Shown: piece by piece, positions 1 through 11,600 of the stretch
Position numbering within the stretch: the first letter of the stretch is position 1
How the letters are laid out: each line of letters starts with the position of its first letter
NCBI RefSeq assembly: GCF_964204645.1
Contig: NC_134031.1
Coordinates: 17,409,807 to 17,473,806, forward strand
Origin: Tubulanus polymorphus
Lineage: Eukaryota > Animalia > Nemertea
Length of the DNA: 64,000 nucleotides
Reading direction: 5' to 3'
Translations under genes and position numbers: made by a program
Notes under the pieces: model-generated
The model's input: the letters and a program-made list of their open reading frames with translations, nothing else
Told to the model about the DNA's origin: nothing
Databases searched by the model: none

Positions 1-1065
1 GTTTCACCGAGAGTCTCTCCAGTACTCGATGGACAGATAGATGTCCAACAACATGAACTACACAATACCGATATAGACAGTTTGCCTATTGGACACAGAA
101 CTGCTTCATACCCGGTGCCACCATCACGACCTGAATCGGAGCTCTCCAATCATTCTCAGCATTCTGGTAGTGAACTGCGAGTTGGGGAGTGTCAACCGCC
201 TCCGAATGTTACTATAAGTAAATCCGAACCTTTCAGGCATCTATATCCACCAACTCAAATCGATTTAGCTTTGGACCTAAAGAATAGACAGTTCGACACC
301 AGTCCAAACAATAATCCTCAAGCCGATTATCGTAGTGACATGTGTAACAGTCGCGACAGCTCGCCGACCTTGTCCAACTCAGACCAGCAGTCTCAGCCTT
401 CTCCGAACGACGGTGATCGCGATGGAATCGTCGATCACCAGCAACCAGCTACGTCACCTGTATCATTACTAGATGAATCGATCGATAGAGATTCGACGAA
501 AGATGACGCGGCTGATGAAAACAAGTCTCAAACACCGGAGGCAAGATTGGATTCGATGCCAACCGACCGTAATCCAATATTCAGTCAAACAACCCAGAAC
601 CCGCACCAACAGCCCGGTCACTTTCCCTCGTACGGGCATCCCGGATTTTCTCCATACATGAGTCACCATCCGTCGTTTATGGGCGGTTATTACAGCGCTT
701 ACCCTCCGAATTTCGCTCCCGATATGATGAACTATCTACTCGCGCAGGGGGCCTACGGAGGAATGCCGTCGATGGGTTCACCGTATCGTCACCCGCAGAT
801 GCTACCACGACACGAGCCCCCGCCACTCGACTCAGTACCGGACAGTAAGCGTATCAAACTGATGGATCACAGCGTAACGACGCAATCTCCGTTCAGAGCT
901 GATCCCCCGATCCTGATGGGTTCTAATCCACGACTGAACACATCCCCTTACCAAACAGACATGTACCCAGTTGTGTCATCTTCGAATCCGTTTTATCCGA
1001 GTGCGCCTAAAACCCCGACTAGCGTTGAGCACTCGGATTCTGATAGCAATCAAGGTGGCGACTAA
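1..1065 (+). CDS. Terminal coding exon (5'-truncated) of an unidentified Pro/Ser-rich, probably nuclear or transcription-regulatory protein
   Basis: Frame 1 is open from base 1 to TAA at 1063-1065. The product is low-complexity S/P/Q/Y-rich, with an ALDLK (PxDLS-like) motif and a basic SKRIKL patch. An AT-rich 3'UTR with AATAAA near 1372 follows. Confidence 0.7.
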   Translation, partial: VSPRVSPVLDGQIDVQQHELHNTDIDSLPIGHRTASYPVPPSRPESELSNHSQHSGSELRVGECQPPPNVTISKSEPFRHLYPPTQIDLALDLKNRQFDTSPNNNPQADYRSDMCNSRDSSPTLSNSDQQSQPSPNDGDRDGIVDHQQPATSPVSLLDESIDRDSTKDDAADENKSQTPEARLDSMPTDRNPIFSQTTQNPHQQPGHFPSYGHPGFSPYMSHHPSFMGGYYSAYPPNFAPDMMNYLLAQGAYGGMPSMGSPYRHPQMLPRHEPPPLDSVPDSKRIKLMDHSVTTQSPFRADPPILMGSNPRLNTSPYQTDMYPVVSSSNPFYPSAPKTPTSVEHSDSDSNQGGD

Positions 1066-1973
1066 ATCACTCGAATAGTCGACCGTCAATTTTTACATAA
1101 AGCATTTTATACTGTTTGATGGTGTGATATTTTGAATTTTCTGACGGTTTCGTAAAATGTAAATTTATGATTGAAGTTTCAATGCATTTTTCACTTGTGA
1201 TAAATAACTCTTTTTCATTGACTCTCTGACCAGACTTGCATTTATTGTAAAATATTTTTCCAAAGTCAAAAATCATATATCGGTTCTTTTTACCTCATAT
1301 TTAACTCAAACCTTATATTATACCAAACGCATACGTATATACACAGTTTTATAAGTTGATTTTATGTTCCGAATAAATATAAATATTTTTGTTATACATA
1401 TTAATGATCGCATTCTTGCTGTAATTTGCATTCAATCGATAAACACTTCTTTATTCTTCATGGACGGCTTGAGAGAAAATTAAAAATGAAAACCTTGTAT
1501 CGTTCATTGAATATGCTGAATATGCTAATGAGCGTCTACGATTCTCGCAGACGGATTTTTACGAGGCAACTTGAAGAAACCCTATTCCCAGTGTATCCAG
1601 TCCTTAAACTACGTTAGCAGAACATCAAGGCTTCATTCAACGTTTATTGGATACCCCACATTCATGCCCCAGTAGTGTCAAGGCCACGAGCAAATCCGTC
1701 GCAGCGACAATAGAAAAAACCTATACAGTGCCCAAGCAACCCACAAAAACGAATTCCATTGTCAAATATGGCGATATTCTGCATGAACCAGACGGCCAAA
1801 ATCTATTCGCAAATTAAGGTAAAATAAACATACAATTTTTTACTTGATCGTCGGATCGCAAGGAATCGGCAACCAGTTGCAGATTTTTCAGTCATGAAAT
1901 CTTTGTCCCATGAATGTTCTCGTCGTTATTTTACAGTAGAATTTGGGAAAATGTTGCTGTGACTTTCGAAGCA

Positions 1974-4900
1974 ATGTTTCTAGGAATACTATTGATAATT
2001 GCTGGAGGTGCGGTCTCGTATCCTATAAATGGGGTAAGTTTCGTGATCATGATTCAGTCAGAGATGAACAGATTGCATAATCGGCCCAATAATCATCTAC
2101 TGAAAAAATCAATCATTTCTTCGTATATCAGGAAATCAAGGATTTAACCAGACTCTGCCAATCGCCATCTGACTGTGAAGGTAAAGATGAAATTTGTATC
2201 AAACCATCGCCTCAACTTACAGTCGGATTATGCGTCCCTGATGTAAGTACATATGTCAGAAAGAATGTTTGAACCCGTTCAGGTGTCTATGTAGAATACC
2301 GGTGTTGGTATTTTGGTTACAAAACCTCATGAACTTTTAATCGGGTAACGTTAGGATCACGTTAAATGCTAATGGGTCTTAGAGATTGTTAGCGTACAAA
2401 TACAAACTAAGTTTTATTTTCAGAATCAATTCGGATCGGTAGATGCAAACAGCGAACTGCTTTCTCAAGATATACCTACTACATATGAAAACCACTTTTC
2501 TACCAAAGACAATAGAAATATATCTACGGAAAACGAAACAAGATCGAAAGAGCGGTGGCAACATGAAGATGGGGCTGTTTCCAACATGGAACCGTTCGTT
2601 TTTAGAGGAGAACCGTACAATGTAACATCGCACAGTGAAATGCTAGTGGAACATCTCCAGGATATCTTATTGAAAAATTCGACATTTAGTTCCCCTTGGA
2701 CATTGCCAGAATTAAGACAGGGAAACAAAAACTCTGACCAAAATCTATCATCTGCTGAAGGTGCAAGCCAAAGTGGGCCATCAAGTGAAAATAAAGAATC
2801 GTCAGCTACGGATGACTTGTTCATGCAGAAATTTAATCAGATGATCTCAGATAAACCATTAAATAATGACGGAACTTCCAACACGGCAAATCATGCTGTA
2901 CGTGACGTCGTTAGCCCGTCGGCTAGTAGCCCTAATGACAATTCCTCTTCATCTCAAAACGCCTCGACAACAAATCAAAGTAACTTAATAGAAGAAAACA
3001 TTTCGAAAATTGAAGATTCGACTAGTCAGGTCATTGACTCCCTTAAATTAGAGAAAAAGCTCGATTCAAACGCAAAATCATCTGCAGCTGCAGACAAGCA
3101 AGACGCCTATTTGAAAGAAAGCCCTGCAAAACATTTCCCAGACGGTAAAGTGGAGAAAGAGGATTTCCATTTACTGCCGGAAAACATTACGCAGAAATAC
3201 ACTGAAAGTCCAACTGATGAGAAGCAAGAATTGAAAAACATTGCCACTGGAGTAGCAAATTCTGATAACAAAGATATCAACTTAAATGCTGAAAAGGGAC
3301 CTAGTTCTACGTTGGATGATGTAAGAACGTTACTGTTGTCCATTTGGAATAGAATTTCACCGCACCAAACTGGTGTTAAACAGAAAATTACCGAAAATCC
3401 TGTGGATGAAATAAAAACTGATAATGTTCATAAAGATGAATCCAGTACAACGATCGGTTTAAAAGTTGATACTGGGAGTAACGGTGCAGTCTCTGAGTTA
3501 TCAATGAATAAGACTGCATCGATACCAAGAGAACCGAATCATACTCAAGGTACTGGCCACAATGTGCTGGACGATGACCGAAATATAGACAATATCGATA
3601 ACTATAAGGGTAACTGGACGTTTGATAAGAAGGAAAATAGAAACTCGAGCATTTCAACAAGCCAGAATACGATTACCGAGTCTCACACAGAAGAGCAATC
3701 TTCCAAAACCCCAATAGAAAATGGTTTATCTGACATAGTGGTTATTCAACAGTCTGTAACCACCCTCTCCTCTACAAATATTGATAATGTTGTCGTTAAT
3801 GACACAACCAACCCGAATATATTAGTTGTTGAAACGACTACAGAGCAGGCGGACAGCACATCTGTTCAGTCGACAGAAACTGTTCCAGACTCATCGTCTG
3901 AAATGTTCAGATCTACCTCTGAACGTAGCAGTACGACAGACAGTGTATCAGATGAAGTAACGAAAATTAAAGATTTAAACAAGGCTGCGGTTGTCACAAA
4001 AGGTACCCCGTCTTCCATATCTGGCCAATTGATAGGATTTCCATCTCAAACAGAATCATCCGCGCATATCGGTGTAAACTCAATTGATTCCGTTACTAAC
4101 AACCAACCAATGACTCCATCAGTTAGTAACAGCCCTATCGAAGGAATTGAAGAAACATTCGCATCCACTGATGTCGCAAAGCCGTTTTCTGAAAATGAGA
4201 AGTCCGCGGTTACACAAATATCTGAAGTTGTCGCCACAGAAGAAAAGGCCAAACCCGAGGAAACGGTTACTGAGCAATCTAAGATTGGGGAACAGGCCAC
4301 TGACCCAGCGATACCGATAAGAACAGAGCAACTTATCCCTGAAACAATCACTCAGCAGTCATCAAAAGACAATGTTCCGGTAGAGATTGCAGGGCCAGAC
4401 GTATTGAAGAAAACTGAGGCTGAGCCAAGTGAGCCAGCTAAACCCTCGTCAAATACTAATGAGAAAGAAGGAATACCTGAATCAGCAGTCGAGAGCAAAC
4501 CTTCTGATATTCCAGTAGAAAATGTTCAGAGCATTTCTGATAATCTTGAGCATAGCAGTGGAAATGGAGAGAATACGGCTGTAAGAAGCAAGCGTGATTT
4601 ATCAGACGCAAGCTCCAATCAGTCGCAAATTCTTGCTGAAACTATGATTCCACGGGTTGACCATAGACCAGAACATGTTTCGAATGCTAGAGCTCACCAG
4701 ATTTTAGCAGATCCAGAGGTTTACAACGACAATCCCGCTCACGCCTCTCGGAATTCTGCGATCCCTGATTACCCACATCAATACGAAGACGTAGAAAATG
4801 ATGAACACTTTCTAGAAACATCAAAAGTACGTCTGAATTCTGACGATGAACTTTCACTAAAAGAACTACTCAAGACTGACTTAGACATTAAAAAGAGTGT

Positions 4901-7900
4901 CAAAGATCTGATGGCGAAGGTAACTAGAATTTCCCACAAATTGGAAGGCGTAGACGCAGACGAAAGACAGTATTGCGAAGGGGAAGAGTGTACTGAAAAT
5001 GACATCCCTGCTCATAGGAATAATTATCCAATTCACGAAGCTCGTAAGCCAACGATGAACGTAATCCACGGCTTTGCTGAAAAAGATAACAATCTTCATT
5101 TGTCCAGCTACAACAGGGAATCTGAGTCAGATGTGGCTCATCCAAATGGTGAACACTCTTCGTTGGAAGGTAACCACGCAATTCCTAGTCAGAATAATCG
5201 AATTGAGCTATCCGACGATATTGGTGAGGATAAAAGTACCGATGGACTGGATCCAAATAACCTAGCTACAACGTCGATGATTGGAATGATTGAAACTGAT
5301 AGTACCTCTTTAGCAAATACACAACAACCTGTGGTAGATATTGCTGTAGCTGAAACAATGGAAAACGGTGGCCAGGAATACAATAATTATACGCAAAATG
5401 AAACCATTAGTGACACCGTGGCTGTCGGCAATGTCAAAGCGAGCCCTGTGGACGCCATTCCCGGCCATGACCCCAGCCAACAGGAGGTAAATAAAGAACT
5501 CGGAGTAGTCGACTATACGTGGAATAAAAAACAACAAATCGGTGGACATGATATGAAAGGACACAATAAAGCCCCACGTTTATCTATGACACTCCAAGAT
5601 CTTATAGACTTGTTACAAATACCGAAGATTAAGAAAATCATAAAACTCTACATCCTCAGTGACGACGACACAAACAAAACTGTCAATTCCCGAGAAAGTG
5701 AATCAAGGAATTTTCTCGAGAGACACATCGATAAGGAGGAAAATGTAAACGCATTTGACAGGATGAAATCATTACTTTTTGGTAGCGAAGGTAGAAACCA
5801 AACGACTTCGTTGATCAATTCGTTGATGAATATGTTTAATAGTGCTGTAGACTCAGTTGTAACGAGGATAAATTCAAATCCAATTGCTAATAAGGAGTCG
5901 CACGCAGTGGAGGAGGAAGATGATTCCGATGCAGCGGAGAAAACCGTTGCGATGGATATCGCAACTAATACTTATAGACAAGCTACTGAAGAGACACCCG
6001 AAAAGGTTTCCACATCTGTTGATTATCAACAAACAGAATCAATCACACTTCCAGGCAAACGCTGGTTCAAATCGGATGTTTCATCATCTCCGCCCTCCTT
6101 TGTTACATCTGAAGAGAAACAAACAGCCACATCGGAATCTATAACGCAAAAAGATGCTACAACCTCAGCGGACTCTATGACACAAGAAGATGACAATTCA
6201 GAACGTATAACTAATGTATCCAGTAAGCGAACGTCCACTACAATTGAGACAATTAGATATCCTACCGAGAAACCTTCAACCGACCTCGCATTGTCGGAAA
6301 GTGATGATTCTGAGGAAGATCTGAGAACATCGTCTACTGATAAAACATTTATCGAAATTAGTACCGCCAGCAGTAGAGAATTTCTAGAGATTCCAAATGG
6401 AACGAACTCCGCTAATAACGATATCATTGGTCTAACCGAGGTAGAACGTACCATTCCCGAGGAATCAGTTGCTCAATCTACCGCAAAAACAATTGCCACT
6501 GAAGCGGCAGTCCCACTTATTGATGTAGAGCACGAGACATTGCCCTCTGCCGAAGATCATTTACATTTTGATGAGCAAGGTGTAGCAGATACCGGAGTAG
6601 GACTAGGGGCAGTACCAGAGAAAATAGACACGAAACCAACAACAGTTTCTCGCACAGTCGTATTACCCGGACAGGGAGGTAAGCGACCGACCCATATTGA
6701 GGAGGGGCCTGGGCACATACATCAGTTACTGACTCCTTTGGCAGTCAAACAAAAAGCCGCATCTGTTCTCAAGAACGCATTACATTTGAAGAATAGTAAA
6801 TTGAATAGAGGTCTATTAGAGAAGTCAGAGGAAGCTGATCCGGGGAGTGGTCTGAGTGAAAGTGTTCCAGTAGAGAAAGAAGAAACTGCTGTAAACAAAC
6901 GTGCCGCAGATTGGATCAGCAGTCATCCATATCGAACTAAAAGGGAAGCTCTACACAAACGCAAGCGACCAGATCTAAATAGAGAAATAGATAGTGAAAG
7001 TTTTAGAAAACGACGCCAAAAGAATATCCAAAGCAAGACGCCAGATGCCGATGCCGAAGAATATGACAATGGTGACCAAGGGATCGATGAAAGTGACATG
7101 GGTGAATTCGAAAATAAGTTTGATTTTGGAAATTCCAAATCAACTGAATGGAAAATAACCGAAGCTAAACCTATTATTCGCAGAGACAAGATAGCGAATA
7201 AGAAGCATTTCAACCTGCTTAACCACTATGGACATGTAAACCACCCTGATGGTAAGTCAGCCTACCGTGGTGGTGATGCCTTCACAACCTCGATTTAATG
7301 TTATAGCAAATTTAAATTCAATCATTTTAGTAGATAATCACCATGTGAATTCGGACAAGGACTACAACCATATTGAGTTTCTAGCCATCAGAAAAACCCA
7401 AAAACACGATGGTTTACATGAAGATGTCGAGAATCCGCATCCAAACAGATTCAACGATTTCGAGAGTTTACTTGCGAATAAGATAAAAGATATGTCGACG
7501 AATGGTAGAAAACGACCGAGGAATAAGATACAGAAAACTGGCGTAACAACTGTCCAAAAGAAGCCGATAGACAAACAACTGAAAAATAATGAAATTAAGA
7601 CTACCAACAGCAACAAACATGATAAAGTTATGAAGGATACGATAGATGATTCACGTCATGATCTCGAAATGTCCACCTCTCCAACTCGTGTGGTTACTAG
7701 TGATGATGGTTGGGTTAGTGGTGATGGAGATTCTGTTGAAGCAAAGTTTAGTGACGAAGAGATAGAAGAGTTAGGGAAAGTGTTAGATTCCGAAATATAT
7801 GCCGATTTCGGAGAAAAAAGCACAGCGACGCACTTTACAGGTGCAACAGATGCAAAAACGAACCATGTAACTCGTACTGTCCCGATCCCGACGGTTCCGG

Positions 7901-8677
7901 CTTTATTCAACAAATCTAAAAGCCGGCCTTTTAAATCTAGCAACATCGAAGAATCCACGGACCCTATTGAACTGATAATTGAAACTGTCCATACGTTGAA
8001 AAAGCGACACCTAAAAGAAGAAGACTTGGTTTTTGATGTGCCTGCAGCTGATTCAACAGAGCAGCAGTCTTATGATCCTGACTACGCTAACGATGTACAG
8101 TCATTAGTTCCGCGTGTACCGGAAAGTTCCGGTGATGTCAACGTTTATGAAGATAAACTAATAGACTCAGGTAGGAATTCAATATCGACGAATTTCTATA
8201 CCAAAGTTTGATGAATCATTAAGATCACAATATCCGTGGTGAACCAATAAATGTAAAATCCCATATTGTTGAATGACTTAAAAGGTTTATTTAAAGATAC
8301 TTGAAATATTCAAGATGTCTTACGTTATGTTTCTGTCTTATCATAAGTTTGTATACTGTGTAGCTATTTGTCGTGTCATCTTAGACTGAAGAAGGGTGGT
8401 AGAAACCACCCGAAATATTTCTAGTATTTTTAAATAAACTGTGTCATTCAACAATTTTAGAATTCTACATTCACCAAGGTTTGATATTACTGGTAATACT
8501 AATGAATCAAAACACATATTTTCAGACTTTACACCATGGAGTGAATGGGGTATGTGCAGCGTCAGCTGTGATTTCGGTCAAAGGGAAAGATCAAGGCGAT
8601 GTTTAGGACGAAATTTCCAAGCTCACTGCGAAGGTCCCGATATCGAACTGGAAGATTGTAAGATGATCCCGTGCTAA
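1974..8677 (+). CDS. Large secreted protein (~1996 aa): signal peptide, 4-Cys module, acidic Ser/Thr-rich region, C-terminal thrombospondin type-1 (TSP1) domain; exons 1974-2033, 2132-2242, 2424-7251, 7331-8170, 8526-8677
   Basis: All four introns are GT-AG with consistent phases (0,0,1,1), total 5991 nt. N-terminus MFLGILLIIAGGAVS is signal-like. Last exon WSEWGMCSVSCDFGQRERSRRC...C...C...C is a canonical TSP1. AATAAA near 8718. Confidence 0.8.
8381..8424 (+). ncRNA. Minimal type I hammerhead ribozyme motif (Penelope-like-element type), intronic
   Basis: Stem I TTAGA/TCTAG, core CTGAAGA(+A), stem II GGGTGGT-agaa-ACCACCC, GAAA, palindromic stem III ATAT, followed by AATAAA. Confidence 0.7.
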
Positions 8678-11600
8678 ATATGATCAAGAAATGAATATTT
8701 AGTCTTTAAAAAATGTAAATAAAGATTCTGATGAATATCGAAATTCTTATCGTGATTTCATTAGTTCTGGACCCAGTTTCATGAAAAATCCGCACTCAAT
8801 TATTTCTCTATCCAATAGAAAGCCGATTAGGTAGCTTTTGAGAAACAAGAGTTAATAGTATTTCCAATCGGGAAAAATCTGCTGAATAATTCACGTCAAG
8901 TATGTATAAAAAAACTTGAAATGTATACATATGTATGTACATTTACACAGACTACAGTTTTCATAAGCAGCCGTGTGTATTTATACAAAATTACAGTGCA
9001 ATGCTGTCACCTGTTAAATTTGTTTAGCTCGGCATATGAATGTGTTGCACTGCAAAACGCTAATATTGACAATTTATCCCAGTGCATAGTATGCAATTAT
9101 GCCTGTATCACCGGAACGTGCGGAGAAGGTTATCATTAATTAACCAGCCTTCTACTATTGCCATTAGAATATCGTCCGGTCCCAGTAGTGGGTTTATAAA
9201 TCAAACCAGTAACTGTGACAGAATCAAAACGGATTACCAAAAAATGCGGTCAACAAGACATCGCCATAGCATTGTTGAGTCTACTAGGAACGCATTAGAC
9301 GAACGAAAACTACTTTGAAGGGTCCTGTTGGAATATGACATGTTTGTGATTGGCCTGGAATGCTAACTTGATCGTCGGTGAAAAAAGAACTACACGCGTA
9401 CTGAAAAAGAAAGTTAACGGTAGGCATTGTAAAGATAATTAAAAAAAGTAACATAAAGGATATTTGATAGTCAAATACAAATAGAGAGCTTATAATGCAC
9501 GGTTGGACAATCTGGAGCATCACTTTGTGCCAATGGCTGTGTATGGCGATAATGGCAATAATTCATTAGATAGAATATTGATATCGCGCTATTGATAGTT
9601 AATCAGCTCAGTATTTAATTAAAACTGAGCTTCATATGTACTAGTAAACTATACAGATAACGGGCTGTTTGCTTGTCATTCATAATTCTGAAATGAATAG
9701 ACTGATATAGATATGACAACGTTGGAATATAGATAGAGTTTCTTCTGTAAAACGGCAATCGCTATTTATAAATATGTGCGTCCATTAAGAAAACCTCTTT
9801 TGAATATTTCTGTTAGACTCTTTTCTGCTCTTATAAAGGTGCTGCCTATCACCGAACACTAAACCGTCTACACGATTTCTTAACCTGAATAAGGAAACCG
9901 GCTTTTGCGATGGGTATTTTACGACCGAAACGTGTTATGAAATCCCCAAGTATACATTTAGGACGCGATCAGAATGTACTTCTGGTATAAGATCGTTAAA
10001 CATAGATATTTTAGCGCCCCATTGCTCAGCTGTAGTCTTGGATAATGAAAGCTACCTTATAGTAGCTACCTCTACGAATGTTTCATTAGTCGTATGGGAG
10101 CCATCTTTGTTATTCACAATTGCTTAATTCCGATACACATAGACATTATATGGTAATCTAAAACACGTAAGTATAAAATTGAATTTTCTTTTTTGGTAGA
10201 CGTAAGCTAAGAATTATCATTGAAATTTGGCGATTCTATATAGCTTGATATCAGAAAAAGATACTTATTCATTTTTCACGTAGAATAGAATTGATAAAAC
10301 TAACAATCTTTTATCTTGTCATTGACGAAATCGATTTGATTTTTCGATCAATATATCGATACAATATTTTTCGGAATGCCCAATTGAGCTAGAGTCCTTT
10401 CGGTTTGGTGAGTCTCGGTAGATTTTACATCGCTGTGTGACTCCTTTGTCATCCCTATAAGTGTCAAACCACCGGTATACATTGGGCACTTTGTGTATGT
10501 ATGACATGTATAGCAGATGGATGTAGGATCAGGCCTCATATATTCAGCCACGAAAGCCTGATAGATAAAGTCGAGTCTGGAATTAGCCGGTGAAACATAT
10601 TATCTTTATTTGGAAATTATCACTATTTTCACTGTAGAAACATGGATATATTTGCGGTAAGTAACGATGGAGTATAGATAGATTGAAGACCGGTTAGATA
10701 GATTGAAAGTTTGCCGATGAAGAAGGCCTAGCCTGCATACATGTACATAACTTAGAGGGTCGTATCGTGTTATGAACAAAATTTCCACTTGGCCATAATT
10801 CAAAATGTTTTAGGTGTCGTCATAAGTGACTTTCGTCACGTGCGATCGTCACATTATTATTACATATCTCGGTAGAAAAGTTAATAAGGTGCCGAGACCT
10901 TTAAATCTGAAATCAGAAATAGTACAGATGAACAACAGTGAGATAATAGCAAGATATTCATAATCAAGTAATTATTATTACTGTGCAATACAGTTTGGTC
11001 ACACGCTACAGTGGGTTCTAAGTACAGCGGGGGCGCGAAGACACTCCCGGGTTGTACTGGTTCGGACGTGGCACCGTCAAAACAGTGTGTCCGAATAGCA
11101 TGACAAAATAATAGCCACAAAACAGTTTGGCCTTACGGTGAGATATATGGAATGCTTGCATGTGGCAGATTATCTAGCGTATATTTGTTTATATCAGACG
11201 TCGGTTTGGTGATCGTTTCGGATTAGACATTTTTACTTCTGTTTGATCATGCAGCGGCATGATGAAATTGAGGAAGGTGAGGAATCGAATATAAATAAAT
11301 CGCTCGCTCAAAAGATTGTCATATCTTTAAAAATGAATAGATAATTTATATAGTAACATTGATAAAATTCCATTTCGAATGGAATACGGCATATCATATT
11401 TTGTGATAGAGTTACTGGAAAACTTTTTTCAAAAGTCTTAAAACTTTTTGAACTAGTATTTGCCTATAGATTTTCATGTCAAGGTATGGCAAGGTATTTC
11501 GAGTATGTTTTGTTCATTCATACGGAATTACTATAAACGGGTCAAGTTTAAAAGTGATATTCCCCGCAGGATTGGGGTTCAAAAGTCGATCGATGTATTT

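Noticed and set aside
7249-7298. Overlap of the 1570-aa and 320-aa ORFs, suggesting a programmed frameshift
   Set aside because: Fully explained by a canonical 79-nt GT-AG intron of matching phase, and there is no slippery site.
3107-7958. Antisense ORFs within the large exons (similar ones occur inside AJM1)
   Set aside because: Expected shadows of long low-complexity coding frames.
8728-8746. CTGATGA..GAAA hammerhead-like string
   Set aside because: No stem II can form between the core motifs.
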